Source: the human T2T-CHM13v2.0 reference genome, Homo sapiens
Length of the DNA stretch: 64,000 nt
NCBI RefSeq assembly: GCF_009914755.1
Contig: NC_060939.1
Direction: 5' to 3' (one strand)
How positions within the stretch are numbered: the first letter of the stretch is position 1; each line of letters begins with the position of its first letter. The translations under genes were made by a program, and so were the position numbers. A model generated the notes under the pieces. The model searched no databases, was not told the DNA's origin, and saw only the letters and a program-made list of their open reading frames with translations. Of the stretch, positions 1-15,900 are shown piece after piece.

Positions 1-2071
1 TGCCTCCCTGCCTCCGGCTCACCCTGCCCACATATCCACCAGGGGCTGCCGTTGTTTCTCTGATTAGTTACTGTGTTGCTGCCAAATTAATGCTTCTAAA
101 CCATATTTTATAACAGCAGCCTTCATCTGCAGAGAATCTTTGAAAATACTTGGCTTGGCATTTAAAGTGGTACAAAAATGTGGCCTTACTGAATTTTTAC
201 AGCTTTATTTATCCTTTCAGAGGTGCATCCTGCACGTATGTCAAACTGTGGGTCCTCATCCCTCTGCCACACCTCTGCTCAGTTATCTTTCTCTCCTTCA
301 ACCCCCCTCCCTGCCACCCTCCTGCATCCCTCTGGGTAGTGAAACAGCCCCTTATTCAGTCAGCCAGCCTTGCATTCAGCAGGCTCTGCAGGCTCCCACT
401 CTGTGCCCGCCATTCCTGGGCAGCACTAGGACCCCCCCTGCTCTGACACCTCATCCACTTGTTTTGTAATCTTATTAATCTTCATTTATTAACTCCTGAA
501 TGAGACCTTATCCTTCTGCTCCTCTGAACTGTAACCCTTCAATGGCAGAGGCTGCATCTTGCCCATTCCTTGGCCTCATGGTTCCCTGCCTGTGGCAGGG
601 GTCAATAAATGTGCTACATGACCTGGACTAACATGGGCTCTGGAAGGAAAGCACTAAATACTGGCCTGGGGGCTGGAACTCAGTCTCAGCTCTGCCACTT
701 AACTGCTGGATAGTCTCTGGAACATTACTGTCTTTTTCTGAGCCCCAGGATCCCCAGCTATAACATGGGGCTGCCATCCGTGTCTTGGTTACCTTACTAG
801 GCTAAGGTGGGAGACTGCAGGTGCGGGCTGTTATTATAAGGGTTTTCCCTGAGGGTGGGGTGTGTACTGGGGCAGGGGGAGATATTGTGTTTCTTGGTGC
901 CTCTTGGCCATAAGACCTGAGCAAAGCCAGCATGAAGCCCCTCCACAACCCTCAGATGGCAACCCAGGGGGTTAAGGCGGGGGGGATGTGAGGCAATGGC
1001 CAGCAACCCCATACACACCTGTTTAGGTGAGTTGCAGATAAGGTGCTCTTATGCTCCCAGGGCTTTCTGCCAGCATTGAGGAGAAACAGGAGCTCTTCTC
1101 CAGCCAGGTGAACATGGCCTCGCTTGGCAAGCTTGCAGTCCTACATTCCGGTAGGTTACAGGCTGCTTCCAGTAACGCAGGGAAGCTGGGGAAGGATGAG
1201 TTGGGACATTTTATTATGGTGGACTATCTGAGTGGAAATGGATAGCTGAGCCCTCTGAGGACCCGCAGCCTCATTACCCAGAGGGGAAACCAAGGTTCAC
1301 GCAGGAGAAGGGGCTTGTCCAAGGTCACTTTTGCAGTCTTGTCTCTAAGAATATGGATTTTGGAGACAGGGAGATTTGAATTCTGCCACTTACTAGCTAT
1401 AAGAGCTTGAGCAAATTTCAAGCCCTGAGGCTTAGTTTCTGCAAATGTTAATGAGGAATCACAATTCTGATATTTTATTGCTATGAAGATTAGAGGAAAT
1501 GATAGATGAAGAGCTTGCTCCTGAGTGGCTGTTCAGGCCTCCAGCCCCAAGTCCCTAGGCATAGGATGATGGGGGAACTGCTGAGAAGGGCCTTCTTGTT
1601 TCTCAGGCAACAAAACTGCCAAAGGCTTTAGGAGAGAATCCTAGTGGGGTTTGGGTTGGGGGAACTCTGATTTCAAGGAAGTGAGTGGCTTGGGATCTGG
1701 TCCAGCCTTCCCGTCCTTTCCTTTCATTCATCTGCTCATTCATTCCACAGATGTGGATTAAGCATCCACTCAGGGACAGATTCTGTCCTGGATGCTGCTC
1801 TATCAAAGAGAACTAAAACCCAACTGCTCCCCACCCTAAATGCTCACAGTCCAGTGGAGAAAGAGAGAGAGAGACAAGGCAAAGAGACACTGTCAGAGTG
1901 AAATTGCTGTTAGAGGTGTGTGCATGACACACGGGGAACCCTGAGGAAGTGGAGCTGCTGAAGAGTCATGCTTCCTTTTTTTTTTTTTTTAACTGCAGAG
2001 CACTTTGTTATGGTTGAGACCTACCTTTCTGTATAATTTTATAACCTGCTATTTCTTCTTAAATTTTTTTT

Positions 2072-2367
2072 AGAAATGAGGTCTCACTATGTTGCCCAGG
2101 CTGGAGTTCAGTGGCTATTCACAGGTGCAGTCCCACTGATCAGCATGGGAGTTCTGACCTGCTCCATTTTGGATCTGGGCTGGTTCACCCCTCCTTGGGC
2201 AACCTGGTGGTCCCCCGCTCCTGGGAGGTCACCTTGTTGATGTCAAACTTAGTGTGGACATCCAATCAGCACAGCACACTGCAGCCCAGAACTCCTGAAC
2301 TCAAGCGATCCTCCTGCCTCAGCCTCCCAAGTAGCTAGGACTACAGGCACGTGCCACCGCATCCAGC
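2072..2367 (-). pseudogene. Full-length 7SL (SRP RNA) pseudogene (RN7SL-type retrocopy)
   Basis: The reverse complement aligns end to end to 7SL RNA, including the S-domain that Alus lack (cactaagtttgacatcaacaaggtgacctcccaggagcgggggaccaccaggttgcccaaggaggggtgaacc). Short A-tail at 2064-2071; the helix-8 GGAAAC is mutated to CAAAAT. Confidence 0.93.
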
Positions 2368-2499
2368 TATTATTATTTTTAGTTAACATGTAGTAATTGT
2401 ACATATTTATGGGATACAGTGTGCTATTTCAATACATGTATATGATCCATAATGATCAAATCAGGGTAATTAGCATACCCATCACCTCAAACATTTATC

Positions 2500-2807
<308 letters not shown>

Positions 2808-3932
2808 CATTTATCATTTATTTGTGTTGGGAACATTTAAAATCCACTCTTCTAGCAATTTTTAAATATACAATAAATTGTTAATTATAGTCATCCTAGG
2901 GTGTTATAGAACACGAGGGCTTATTCCTCGTATCTAGTTGTGATTCAGTATCCTTTAACCTCTCACTATCCCCCACCCTTCCCAGGGTTTAGTAACCGCT
3001 ATTCTACTTTCTACTTCTACGCACTCAACTTTTTTAGCTCCCACATATGAGTGAGAACATGTGGTATTTTTCTTCCTGTCCTTGGCTTATTTCACTTAAC
3101 ATGATGTCCTCCATGCTCATCTGTATTGCTGTGAATGTCAAGATTTCATTTTTTTTCTGGCTGGATAGTATTCCACTGTGTATGTATACCAGATTTTCTT
3201 TATCCATTCATCCACTGATAGACACTTAGATTGATTCCATATCTTTGCTATTGTGAATAATGCTGCAATAAATATGGGAGTGGAGATAGCTCTTCAATAT
3301 ACTGATTTCCTTTCCTTTGGATGTATACCCTCTAGTGGGACTGTGGGATCATATGTTAGTTCTATTTTTAGATTTTTGAGGAAACTTTATACTGGTTTTC
3401 ATAATGGCTGTACTAATTTACATTTCCATGAATAGCATATAAGACATCTTTCTCCACATCCTCAGCATTTGTTATTTTTTGTCATTTTTATGGTAGTCAT
3501 TCTAATTGGGATGGGATGATATCCCATCACCATTTTGATTTGCATTTTCCTGATGATTATTGATGTCACACATTTTTTCATATACCTGTTGGCCATTTGT
3601 ATGTCTTTGAGAGATGTCTATTCAGCTCATTTGCCCATTTTGAAATGAGATTATTTGTTTTTTTGCTGTTGAGTTATTTGAGTTCCTTGTGTATTCTTGA
3701 TATTAGTCTTTTGTCAGATAGATAGTTTGCAAATATTTTCTCCCATTCTGCAGGCTGTCTCTTCACTCTGTTGATTGTTTCCTTTGCTGTACAGAAGCTT
3801 TTTAGTTTGATCTAATTCCATTTGTCTATTTTTTGCTTTTGTTGCCTGTGCATTTGAGGTCTCCATTAAATCTTTGCCCAGACCAATCCAATGTCCTGAA
3901 GTGTTTCCTCTATGTTTTCTTCTAGTAGTTTT

Positions 3933-5681
3933 AGTTTTTGCTTTTCTTTCTTTTTCTTTTTCTTTTTTTTTTTTTTTTTTTTGGCATAGCTAGCTGAGGT
4001 TTTCTTTTGGAAAAAAAAATCGAATTGGCTTGTAGCTGGAGGCATGGCCAAGTGGGACACCCCAGGCAGTAAACTCCCCCTGCGGGTGGGCTTCAACCTC
4101 CCCCACAGGCTCTGGGGCAGCCGCAGGAGGGATAGGCTGGGCGGGGCTGCCATGGCCGTTCACCTGGGCAGGACGTCTGAGGACTAGGACACCAGCTTCC
4201 CATCGCGGGTCTCCATCTTCTTCACAACCATGGAGCTGGTGCGGCTGAAGGAGCTGGAGCCTCCAGCCAGAGCCAAAGCTGGAGCCCAGGCCGTAAGCTG
4301 AGGCTGGGGCTTGTGACGCCCCCGTAGCCCGAGCTCAGCACATCAGCATAGCCACTGGTAGTCTTCGTTTGGATACTCATGTTCTGCATCCCAGACGCCA
4401 GCCGGCTCTCCTCGCCCTCCAGCAGCTTCCTGTAGGTGGGATTTCCATGTCCAGGACCAGCCTGACGTTCATCAGCTCCTGGTACTCAGGCAGCTGCCGC
4501 ACCATGTCCTGCTTGGCCTGCCGCAGGGCGGCCTCCAGCTCGGACAACTTGGCATTGGCGTCCTTAACAGCCAGCTCCCCGCGCTGCTCGGCATCTACCA
4601 TGGCGGCCTCCAGGGAAGCCCTCTGGTCTTTGAGGCCCTCAATCTCAGCCTGGAGCCGGCTGATGTTCCAGTTCATCTCCGAGATCTCAGTCTTTGTGCA
4701 CTGCAAGTCATCGCCGTGCTTCCCAGCCAGCGTCTGCAGCTCCTCATGCTTGCTCTGGTGCATGCTCTCAGCCTCAGCCCGGCTGCGGTTGGCGATCTCC
4801 TCATACTGTGCCTTGACCTCAGTGATGATGCTATCCGTGTCCAGGCAGCGGCTGTTGTCCATGGACAGCACCACAGGCGTGTGGGAAATCTGGGACGGCA
4901 GCTCCTGGATCTCCTCTTCATACAGTTGCCTGAGGAAGTTGATCTCATCAGTCAGCGCTTCCAGGCCAGACTCCAGCTGTACCTTGTTTATGTAAGCTTC
5001 ATCCACATCCTTCTTGAGGAGGACAAATTCATTCTCCATCTCTGCACGCTCATTGATCTCATCATCCTACTTGTTCTTGAAGTCCTCAACCAGCCCCTGC
5101 ATGTTGCCAAGCCCTGCCTCCAGCTTCAGCTTGTCCTGGCCCAGAGTCTCCAGCTGCTGCCAAAGGTTGTTGATGTAGCTCTCGAACTGGTGGTCCACGT
5201 TGCTCCGAGCCTTCTTCTGCTGCTGCACGAGGCTCCACTTGGTCTCCAGCATCTTGTTCTGCTGCTCCAGGAACTGTACCTTGTCGATGAAGGAGGCAAA
5301 CTTGTTGTTGAGGCTCTTGATGTGCTCCTTCTCCTGGGTGTGCATGGCCTGGATGTTGGGGTCCACCTCCAGGTTAAGGGGGCTCAGCAGGCTCTGGATG
5401 ATCATGACAGCTGTGATGCCTCCGATACTGCTGGCCCTGCCATAGCCTCCACCCAGGCCACCCTGGAAGCTGCTGCTGCCCACTCAGGAGAAGCTCAAGG
5501 AGCTGATGTGGGCACCAGGCCCACTCATGTAGGAGCGGCTGCTGAAGGCCTGGGGGCCAGAGGTGGACACCTTATAGGACTTCTAGGTCACCCTGATGGA
5601 CATGGTGGAGGCAGGAGTGGAGGCAGATGGGCTGAACCAGGTGGACATTCAAGAAGGAGCAGAGAAGCTGCTTCTAGGTCC
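3933..5681 (-). pseudogene. Keratin 8 (KRT8) processed pseudogene
   Basis: Intronless KRT8 copy: 5'UTR, ATG at 5603 (MSIRVT), rod domain in ORFs 5067..5483 and 4377..5039, TGA at 4160-4162, 3'UTR and poly(A) at 3933-3982. Disabled by CAG>TAG at codon 7 (5583-5585), TAT>TAG at 5067-5069 and a 1-nt deletion near 4440. 14-bp TSD cttctagtagtttt at 3919-3932 and 5682-5695. Confidence 0.97.
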
Positions 5682-6061
5682 CTTCTAGTAGTTTTCTAGT
5701 TTGGGGTCTTACATTTAAGTTTTTCATTAATTTGGATTTAATTTTTTTAATGATGAGAGATAAGGATCTAGTTTCATTTTTCTGCATATAGATATCCAGT
5801 TTTCCCCATACCCATTTATTAAAGAGACTGTCCTTTCCCCCAAAGGACATTATTGGCAGCTTTGTTGAAAATCAGTAGACTGTAAATACATGGATTTATT
5901 TCTGGGTTGTCTATTCTGTTCCATTGATCTATGTGTCTGTTTTTATGCCAGTACCATGCTGTTTTGGTTACTATAGATTTTTTTAGTAAATTTTGAAGTC
6001 AGGTAAAGCTAGAGGTGTGATGACTCCAGCTTTATCCTTTTTGCTTAAGATTTATTTGGCT

Positions 6062-6366
<305 letters not shown>

Positions 6367-6397
6367 TTATTTGGCTATTTATTCTTTGTTAGCCTGC

Positions 6398-6677
6398 TTT
6401 TTTTGTAGTTGTTATAGATAGGGTCTCTGTAGCCTCCACCCCCGCCCCCACTGCCTCCCCAACCCCCTGCCCTGGGCTTAAGTGATCTGCCCACCTCAAC
6501 TTCCCAAGTAGCTGGGTCTACAGACACGTCACCACACCTAGCTAATTTTTGTATTTTTTGTAGAGACTGGGTCTTCCATGTTGCCCAGGCTGATCTTGAA
6601 CTCCTGGGCTCAAGCAATAAGCCTGTCTCAGCCCCCTAAATTGCTGGGATTACAGGTGTCAGTCATCACACCCAGCC
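6398..6677 (-). mobile_element. Alu (AluJ-like) with right-arm deletion and C-rich insert
   Basis: Both Alu arms recognisable; ctcctgggctcaagc J-type motif. Confidence 0.85.
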
Positions 6678-6779
6678 TAACCTGCTATTTTTATTTGGTA
6701 TTATGTAATAAACATTTGCCCTATAATATTATAAAACTCTTGGTAAACATTTTCAATGTCTGTGATGTATTTTCTGTAA

Positions 6780-7105
<326 letters not shown>

Positions 7106-8669
7106 AGAAGTAGGCTTGGACATTTAGTTTCGTTTTCAGGTTTTTTCTTTGACAAATAATACTGTTACAAATATCTTTGTACAGAATTATTTCCCATGAT
7201 TCTTATTTCCTTGGGGTAGATTTTTAGTCATGGAAATTCTGGACACAGTGTGTGAACATTTTAAAATCTCTCAATAATCCCTTGATACTTATGGCCTGAG
7301 TGACTTTCTGAGATGGCTTTCTGGTGTGTCCAGTCGCAGTTATGGCCTCGTCCTTGCAGCTGTGTGGAGATATGGGAGTTACAGAAGAAGAGAAGGTGGG
7401 CATGGAGTGTTTTGAATCACACGGCTCTGGGGTTCTTACTAATCACAGGGCTGTGGCCACATGGCCTCATCCTCCTGAGATTCATTTCCTCGTCCGTGTG
7501 ATGGAAGTGATAATACTACCCTCAAGCAGTTTTGTGAGGACCAAGGCCCGTGAATGTGCAGCACACAGCTCAGGGTCTGGCACACAGAAGAGCACAGCAA
7601 TTGTTTATCGCGATAGCATGGCATCTCCTTGGTTGGGACTGGTGTAAACGTTTGGCCTCTGGAAGCTGAAGCTGCAGAGTGAGACCCACCAACCCAGGCA
7701 TGTGTGTCCCTACATTGACCCAGCCAGGGCCCCCAGGATCCCTTCAGACAGATGGGCAGAAAGCAAAAACCAACACCAAGGTCCGAGACCAGAGAAGGTG
7801 AGCAAAGGGCTCTGAGGGCAAAACAGAGTGGGGAAGCGATCGTCAGGCTGCCTGGGAGAGGAAAAAAAGGGGACTGGGAAGGAGCGGGAGGGAGAGAGCT
7901 TGGTCGGGGAGAGGAGGAGTGGACAGGAAAGGTCGAGACCAGAAGATGAGGTCCAAAGGGAAGGGTTGGTTCAGTACCAGGACATAAGGTGAATCCAGCT
8001 ACTATGTGGCCAGAGGAATGGGCAGGAATGGGTCCCAGGAAGTTCTGACAGCCAATGCCTAGTTCTATGACTAGCTCACTGTGTGACCCTGAACAAGAAC
8101 CTCACCCTTACTGCGCTCCGGTTTACCCATTTGCAGAAGTTCCTGGGTGTCCTTCGAACTTGGACAACCTCTGGCCTGGCAGTGTCCTGAAGAAATTGAC
8201 AACCCTCCATCTGGACCTCCGCATAAGTTTAAAAACCTAGCAACATAGCTCCTCTGCAGGAGACAGGAGACAAGTGCTGGTGTAACCGAGTCTCTTGGAA
8301 CAATGGGAAGCCTTTTCGGGAGGATTATTGGAAGAAAATCCAGAGGGAGGGGGCTTGCTTAAAGAGAGTGACCACAGCCAGAGCAGAGCAGAGTGGTGGG
8401 GGAGGAGTGGGGGGGGGAGGGGTGGGGGGAGGGAGGCAGGGGGTGTGGACAGAGGGAGCGTGGGTGAGAGGAGTGCCAAGGTGGGAGGTGCCCAGTGGGG
8501 AGTCCCAAGGCAGGGCAAGGATTGTCTTGGGCTCCCTGCCATTCACCCCATCCCTTAATGAAGATTAGAAAATGTCGCCTGCTTTGGCTGATGAAGTCTC
8601 ATGTTTATATTGCTTGGCTAGAAGAATAAGGTCTTGTTTTCAGACCTCACTCATTCCCTTGGCTGGATA

Positions 8670-9080
8670 CGCTTGTGTTTCAGGTTGGGTTCTGCAGAAG
8701 CAGAAACACTGAGACAGAATTTGAGGTACGTGATGTTTATTAGTGGTCAACAGCTAGGAAAGGAGCGGGGAAGCAGGCTTGGGCAGAGGGAAGCTGACCT
8801 GTGCTGCAGCTCAGCAAAGTCTCAGCTAAACCAGCAGTGTTCATCAAAGTTGTCCAGCATCAGATCTAAGTGGATGGGCCTCTATACTCCTGCCACCATC
8901 AGTCACCAGATGTAGGCTACCCCAGCAACGGCATAACCTGAGATGAGGTGGCCCTCAGCAGTGGAGGCAGGCTCTGCAGGAACTGAAAGCTGAGACTGTC
9001 TGATGACCTCTCTCCCTGCAGCTGAGCAGCAGGTCCTTCCTTGAAGGGGGAATCTGGGCTGCACATCTCCATGTCTATCA
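8670..9080. mobile_element. Ancient ERVL/MaLR-type solo LTR (LTR16-like)
   Basis: Motifs gggttctgcagaagcagaaacactgagacag...tttattag...gaagcaggcttgggcagagggaag resemble remembered ERVL LTR consensus; subfamily uncertain. Confidence 0.5.
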
Positions 9081-9552
9081 CACTTTAAGCAGTGAACCAC
9101 CCTCTCAACTGTACATGGCAGAGAGACAAACTTTAGAGAATACAAACCTATGCTTTGGACAGATGCTTTAATAAATGTGGATAGGGAAAATAAGTCATTG
9201 TGTTTGTACTAAAGGAGTCCCAATTAGGAGAGTCAGATTCTCTGAGTCCATTGCTTCCTGATTTTCTGGCCTGGCAGTTTTGAAATATCTGGCTTGTCAT
9301 ATTTCACCACTTCCCTCCCCTCCTGCTGTGCTAGCTCCTGGGCCTGGTAATATGCTTCTGCTGGATGAAGGTGCCACGTTGTTCTGTTTAAAGCAAAGAG
9401 CATTGTTTCCCTTCTTTTCCTATTTCTGTGGGATTTGGCCATGAGGCCTTGAAGTCAGGAGTAAGGAGGTAGCCCGAAAGACATGGGACCTGAGTCCTCA
9501 AGAGGAGGATGCATCTGGCTTCAAGGCCTTTAGTGCCCTGCTAGTTCCCTTA

Positions 9553-10051
<499 letters not shown>

Positions 10052-10112
10052 TCAGTACCAGCGATAAGCTAAAGTTGCTGGGTTCATCTGCTCATACAAA
10101 ACCTCAAGTGTC

Positions 10113-10414
<302 letters not shown>

Positions 10415-10619
10415 TCAACTGTCTCCTCAAGGTCTACTCCAAACAATTTCTAGGAGATAAGAGGTAAAGAATAATGAGTTAAGAGCCAGAGCTCTGGACT
10501 CACCACTGAAACGAACCAGGGATCCTTGGAGAAAGGTTGATTTGAGAGCAAGGGGCAGGTAACTTACAAGATAAGCCTGAAAACTTGGGCCAGAAAGTAA
10601 AGAAGTGCTCAATAAATGA

Positions 10620-11965
<1,346 letters not shown>

Positions 11966-12339
11966 AGCATGAGAAAGCCTGCCTCTTCTAGATGACCTGA
12001 GGAGGTACTACTAGGGCGGGGCTTGGGAGGCAGCTAGAGAGCGAGTGCCTGCACCCTGAGGATGTGGGCTTTCATGGGGCTGGGAAGTCTCTTTGCTACT
12101 CTGGCTTCCAGCCGCTCCTCAGCTTGGTTCTACAATTTGAAGTCCTGGGAATGAGGCTTTTCCAGCTGAGCAGACAGGGCTGTCAGCAGCAACACTGTCA
12201 GGTCTACTGTGAGTCTACTGTTGAGAGTCTCAGACTCACAGAGTCAGAGACTCACCCTGGTTGTGAGTCTACTGTGGGTGAACCTGGACTAGGTGCCTTT
12301 TCATGTTATCAAACACTGATGTAGGCATGTATCTATCTA

Positions 12340-12673
12340 TCTTTCTTTCTTTCTTTCCTTCCTTCCTTCTTTCTTTTTTTTTTTTTTTTTTTTGAGATAA
12401 GGTCTCACTCTGTCACCCAGGCTAGAGTACAGTGGTGCAATTATACACATCTCACTGCAGCCACAACCTCCTAGGCCCAAGTGATCTTGTCACCTCTGCT
12501 TCACAGGTAGCTGGGACTACAGGCACATGCCATCATGCCCAGCTAATTTTTTTTGTAGAGACAGGATCTTGCTTTGTCGCCCAGGCTGGTCTTGAACTCC
12601 TGAGCTCAACCGATCCGCCCACCTCAGCCTCCCAAAGTGCTGGGATTACAAGCGTGAGCCCTTGCGGCTGGCC
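12340..12673 (-). mobile_element. Alu (AluJ-like) with simple-repeat tail
   Basis: Reverse Alu with (TTTC)/(TTCC)/T tail. Confidence 0.9.
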
Positions 12674-15120
12674 AGAATCTTGTTTAAGCTTTAAACAAGT
12701 AACCTGCTTAAATATGTAGGCTCATCATTTCTGTTTTCCAGGTGAGGTAACTGAGTCTCAGTGAGGTGAGGCTGGACCTCTTCCAACTCTGACTCCAGGG
12801 ATCATCTACCCCCGCCCCCCCCACCCCAAGTTCCACTCCTTGCACAGGCTGGGGCTTCCCTACTCCGAGCCTCAGCACATGCTGCTCCCTTTGCCTGCAC
12901 ACGGGCCCACCACATGTCTCTGCCTATTGATTTTCCGGCCCAGCCAAGACTGAAGTTGGGGTCTCCTGCCTCTGAATCCTAGGTTTTCAGGGAAAATTAA
13001 ACACCAGCTGGGCTGAAATCAAGCTTTGCTTTACTGTGAACAAGTCATTTTCCACCTGAATTAAAACCAACCCAAGGGGGGAGAGGATGCTAGAAACACA
13101 TTTTTGAAGCTGTTTTGAGAGACAGCTGCCATAATGGAAACAAAACAAAACAGGCTAGAAAAGGGGTTGGGGGGTGGGAGATGGTTATGCCTTTCCTTCC
13201 CTGTCAGTGAGATCATTCTACTGGTCCCCCTCTGGGCCCTGCTACCCCACTTATTGGGCCTCAGTTTCCCATTTGTAAAATGAGAAAGTAAGGCAATAGC
13301 AGGAGTTCTCCTCCAAGGTGTATGACTGACTCACTTACGAAACCTAAAATCTATACTCCCTGGCCCCACCCAGTCAGTAGGCCAAGGTTGGGACTTGGCC
13401 TTTTGCTTTTTTTTTTTTTTTTTTTTTTAACAAAGTCTCACTTCTGGTAGGCACACTTTGTGCTGTTTGAGCACCTCCAGATAGTCCCTGCAGGCTCTTC
13501 CATCACTGCAGTCCTCCGTCCTCTGACCAGTGATCGGGTGGCAGTGGATTCCTGGGACTCACTGAGGCCCCTTCCCCATGCCCACCAGTTCCTGGGCCAC
13601 CTCCCGAAGGGCCACTTTGCACCTCTTTGCTGTCTTTCAAGAATCCTGACCGGCACTCGGCTTCTGACGACTGATAATGCTTGGAAACTCAGAGTCACAC
13701 TCTTGTGGCTGCAAATTAGTAAACCTGAAAGCTCCTCGTCAACTCAGGCGAGCTGTGTGAGTGGGAAGAGGCCTTAGTTTTTGCAACTGCTGTCCCTGGG
13801 GGCAAACTGAAAAACAAACTGTATCACATCCTGAAGGCCAAAGGCCACACCCTCAGCCCCAGTGGAGGACTCTGGGGCAAGGATATTTCCTGGAGTCAGA
13901 GGAGAGGAGCCTCCATCTGAGCGCCACACCCCCACCCCGCATGGGCTCTGCACTTCCTCCTCAGTGGGGACTTGCTTTTCCCTTCTTCCTCATCCTGTTT
14001 CTGCCCCAGGCCCTGGCCCCTCACTGCCAGCCCCACACTCTGGGGAGGAAAGACCCTTTTTAGCGATGGGACTCCGAAAAGTTAACTGACCTGTCTAAGC
14101 CTCAGGTTCCTTATCTGTTGAATGTGGCCGTAATGCCTCACACTGTTGTTGGGAAGATTAAGTGATACATAAGGCATGGGAAGTGCTTACAGCAGAGCCT
14201 GATGCAGCACAGCCCTAGTAGACTATTAGCGTTATTCTGGAACTCCCTTCCTGCCTCACGGGTGAGCTCTTTCCCATTAATCAAGACCCAGCTCCCCTCC
14301 TTTGGGAGGACTTCCCAGGCCAGGCTCCTCAACAGCCTTTCTCTGTTGTCTGCGCACAGCACATTTTCCCTTCCTAGGCTGCCTCCCTCACCAGACTGGC
14401 AGGGGCTGAGCTTGTTCATTTGCATGTTCCCAGACAGGAAGGCTCAGTCAGTGCTGGTGGGTGTGCTGCAGTGGAGCTTGTTCCAATCTGGGACAGGGTA
14501 AGTGGGGTGGACAGTGGTTGCCCCAGTACAGTAGGCATGTGCCTCTGGCCACCTGGAGGGACCCTACAGGTATTTCCCCCAGCAATAGTGAACCATCATG
14601 GCCAGGTGCTGGAACATCCCACTTCAGCCATGGGATGGGTGCACAACCCTACAGCCATGGGCAGCGTCATGACAGTGCATCCACCGAGGTCTAAATGGCC
14701 GACTCATGAATGCCCTTCTGGCCATAAGCTGATGGCAGGTTGAGAATTACTCCTGCAGGACAGATGCTCCCCTGCAGAAGGGAGAAGCGTGCGTCACTTG
14801 CCCTACCCCTTGGACCAGTGGCAATGCCATCTCCAAATGAAATTCATGGCAAGGGCCTCCTGGCTCTTCGAATGTCACCAAAGAGCTTTCAGACCCTCCT
14901 TCTCTCCCTCTTCTTTCCAGCCCCTGCCCCTCTTCAGAAGGCTGGAAGCTCTCGCTTTAGATTCTTCCTGGATAACAAATTAGAATCTTAGGACCCTCAG
15001 AGTGCAGTCCCGCCCTCCAGCTTGGTGTCAGCCTCACCTCTGAGAGCTATTCCCCCAACAACGTCTTCTCTTCCAGCCCCTGAGAACTTGGCTGAACTTC
15101 CTTCAAAATGGTGTTTATTC

Positions 15121-15404
15121 GGCCAGGTGCAGTGGCTCACACCTATAATCCCAGCAGTTTGGGAGGCCAAGGCGGGCAGATCACCTGAGGTCAGGAGTTT
15201 GAGACCAGCCTGGCCAACACTGTGAAACCCTGTCTCTACTAAAAATATAAAAATTAGCCAAGCATGATGGTGCATGCCTGTAATCCCAGCTACTTGGGAG
15301 GCTGAGGCTGGGAGAACTGCTTGAACCTGGGAGGCAGAGTCTGCAGTGAGCCAAGACTGTGTCACTGCACTCCAGCCTGGGCGACAGAGCGAGACACTGT
15401 CCCA

Positions 15405-15437
<33 letters not shown>

Positions 15438-15440
15438 AAG
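15121..15440 (+). mobile_element. Alu (AluS-like)
   Basis: Full-length dimer with A-tail; flanking tgtttatt repeat. Confidence 0.92.
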
Positions 15441-15489
15441 ATGTTTATTTGCTTTCCATCTTGCCTGCATTTTGTCCATTTGTCCATCC

Positions 15490-15895
15490 ATTTATTGGTC
15501 AGGAAAGGCTTTCCTGAAGAGGTGACATTTGATAAGAGGGCCAAGGGATAAGGAGTAGTTAGCTGGGCCAAGGCAGGGTCTAGGATGGAACGGGAAGAAG
15601 CTTCCAGGCAGAGGGGTGATCATGTGTGAAGGACCCGGGAAAGAAGAGAATGAGGCAGAATGGAGGAATTGAAAGATGGTCCAGGAAGCAGTATCAGAAA
15701 TTGAGAGAGGCATAATGGGAGTTGAAGTTTTGAAGAGTAGGCTGGGACCAAATTATGCAGGGTCTGTAGGCCATGTAAGGGCAATGGCCATTGTCCTGAG
15801 AGTAATGGAAAATCATGGCAAGGTGACAGTGGGACGTTGATATGACCAAATGTGGATCTGAAAATGTCACTCTGCTGTGTAGAGAGCAGACAGGA
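15490..15895. mobile_element. L2 fragment
   Basis: ggaaaggctttcctgaagaggtgacatttga...gtcactctgctgtg are typical L2 motifs. Confidence 0.6.
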
Positions 15896-15900
15896 GTGAG

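Noticed and set aside
4377-5483. Keratin-like ORFs of 220 and 138 aa as a functional keratin gene
   Set aside because: Intronless, with poly(A) tail, TSD, two nonsense changes and a frameshift: a processed pseudogene.
4716-5699. 327-aa + strand ORF (longest in the track), and the 208-aa ORF at 4369..4995
   Set aside because: Antisense shadow frames of the KRT8 pseudogene; GC-rich codon usage leaves the opposite strand stop-poor. No promoter, splice or homology support.
8393-8450. G-run cluster with G-quadruplex potential (also G13 at 46023-46035)
   Set aside because: Common in GC-rich human DNA, with no associated feature to suggest function.
12200-12280. Cluster of gtgagtctactgt repeats and gactca/tgagtc motifs resembling a palindrome or AP-1 array
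   Set aside because: Short and imperfect, with no full TGA(C/G)TCA site; it looks like a local duplication in a decayed MER5-like fragment.
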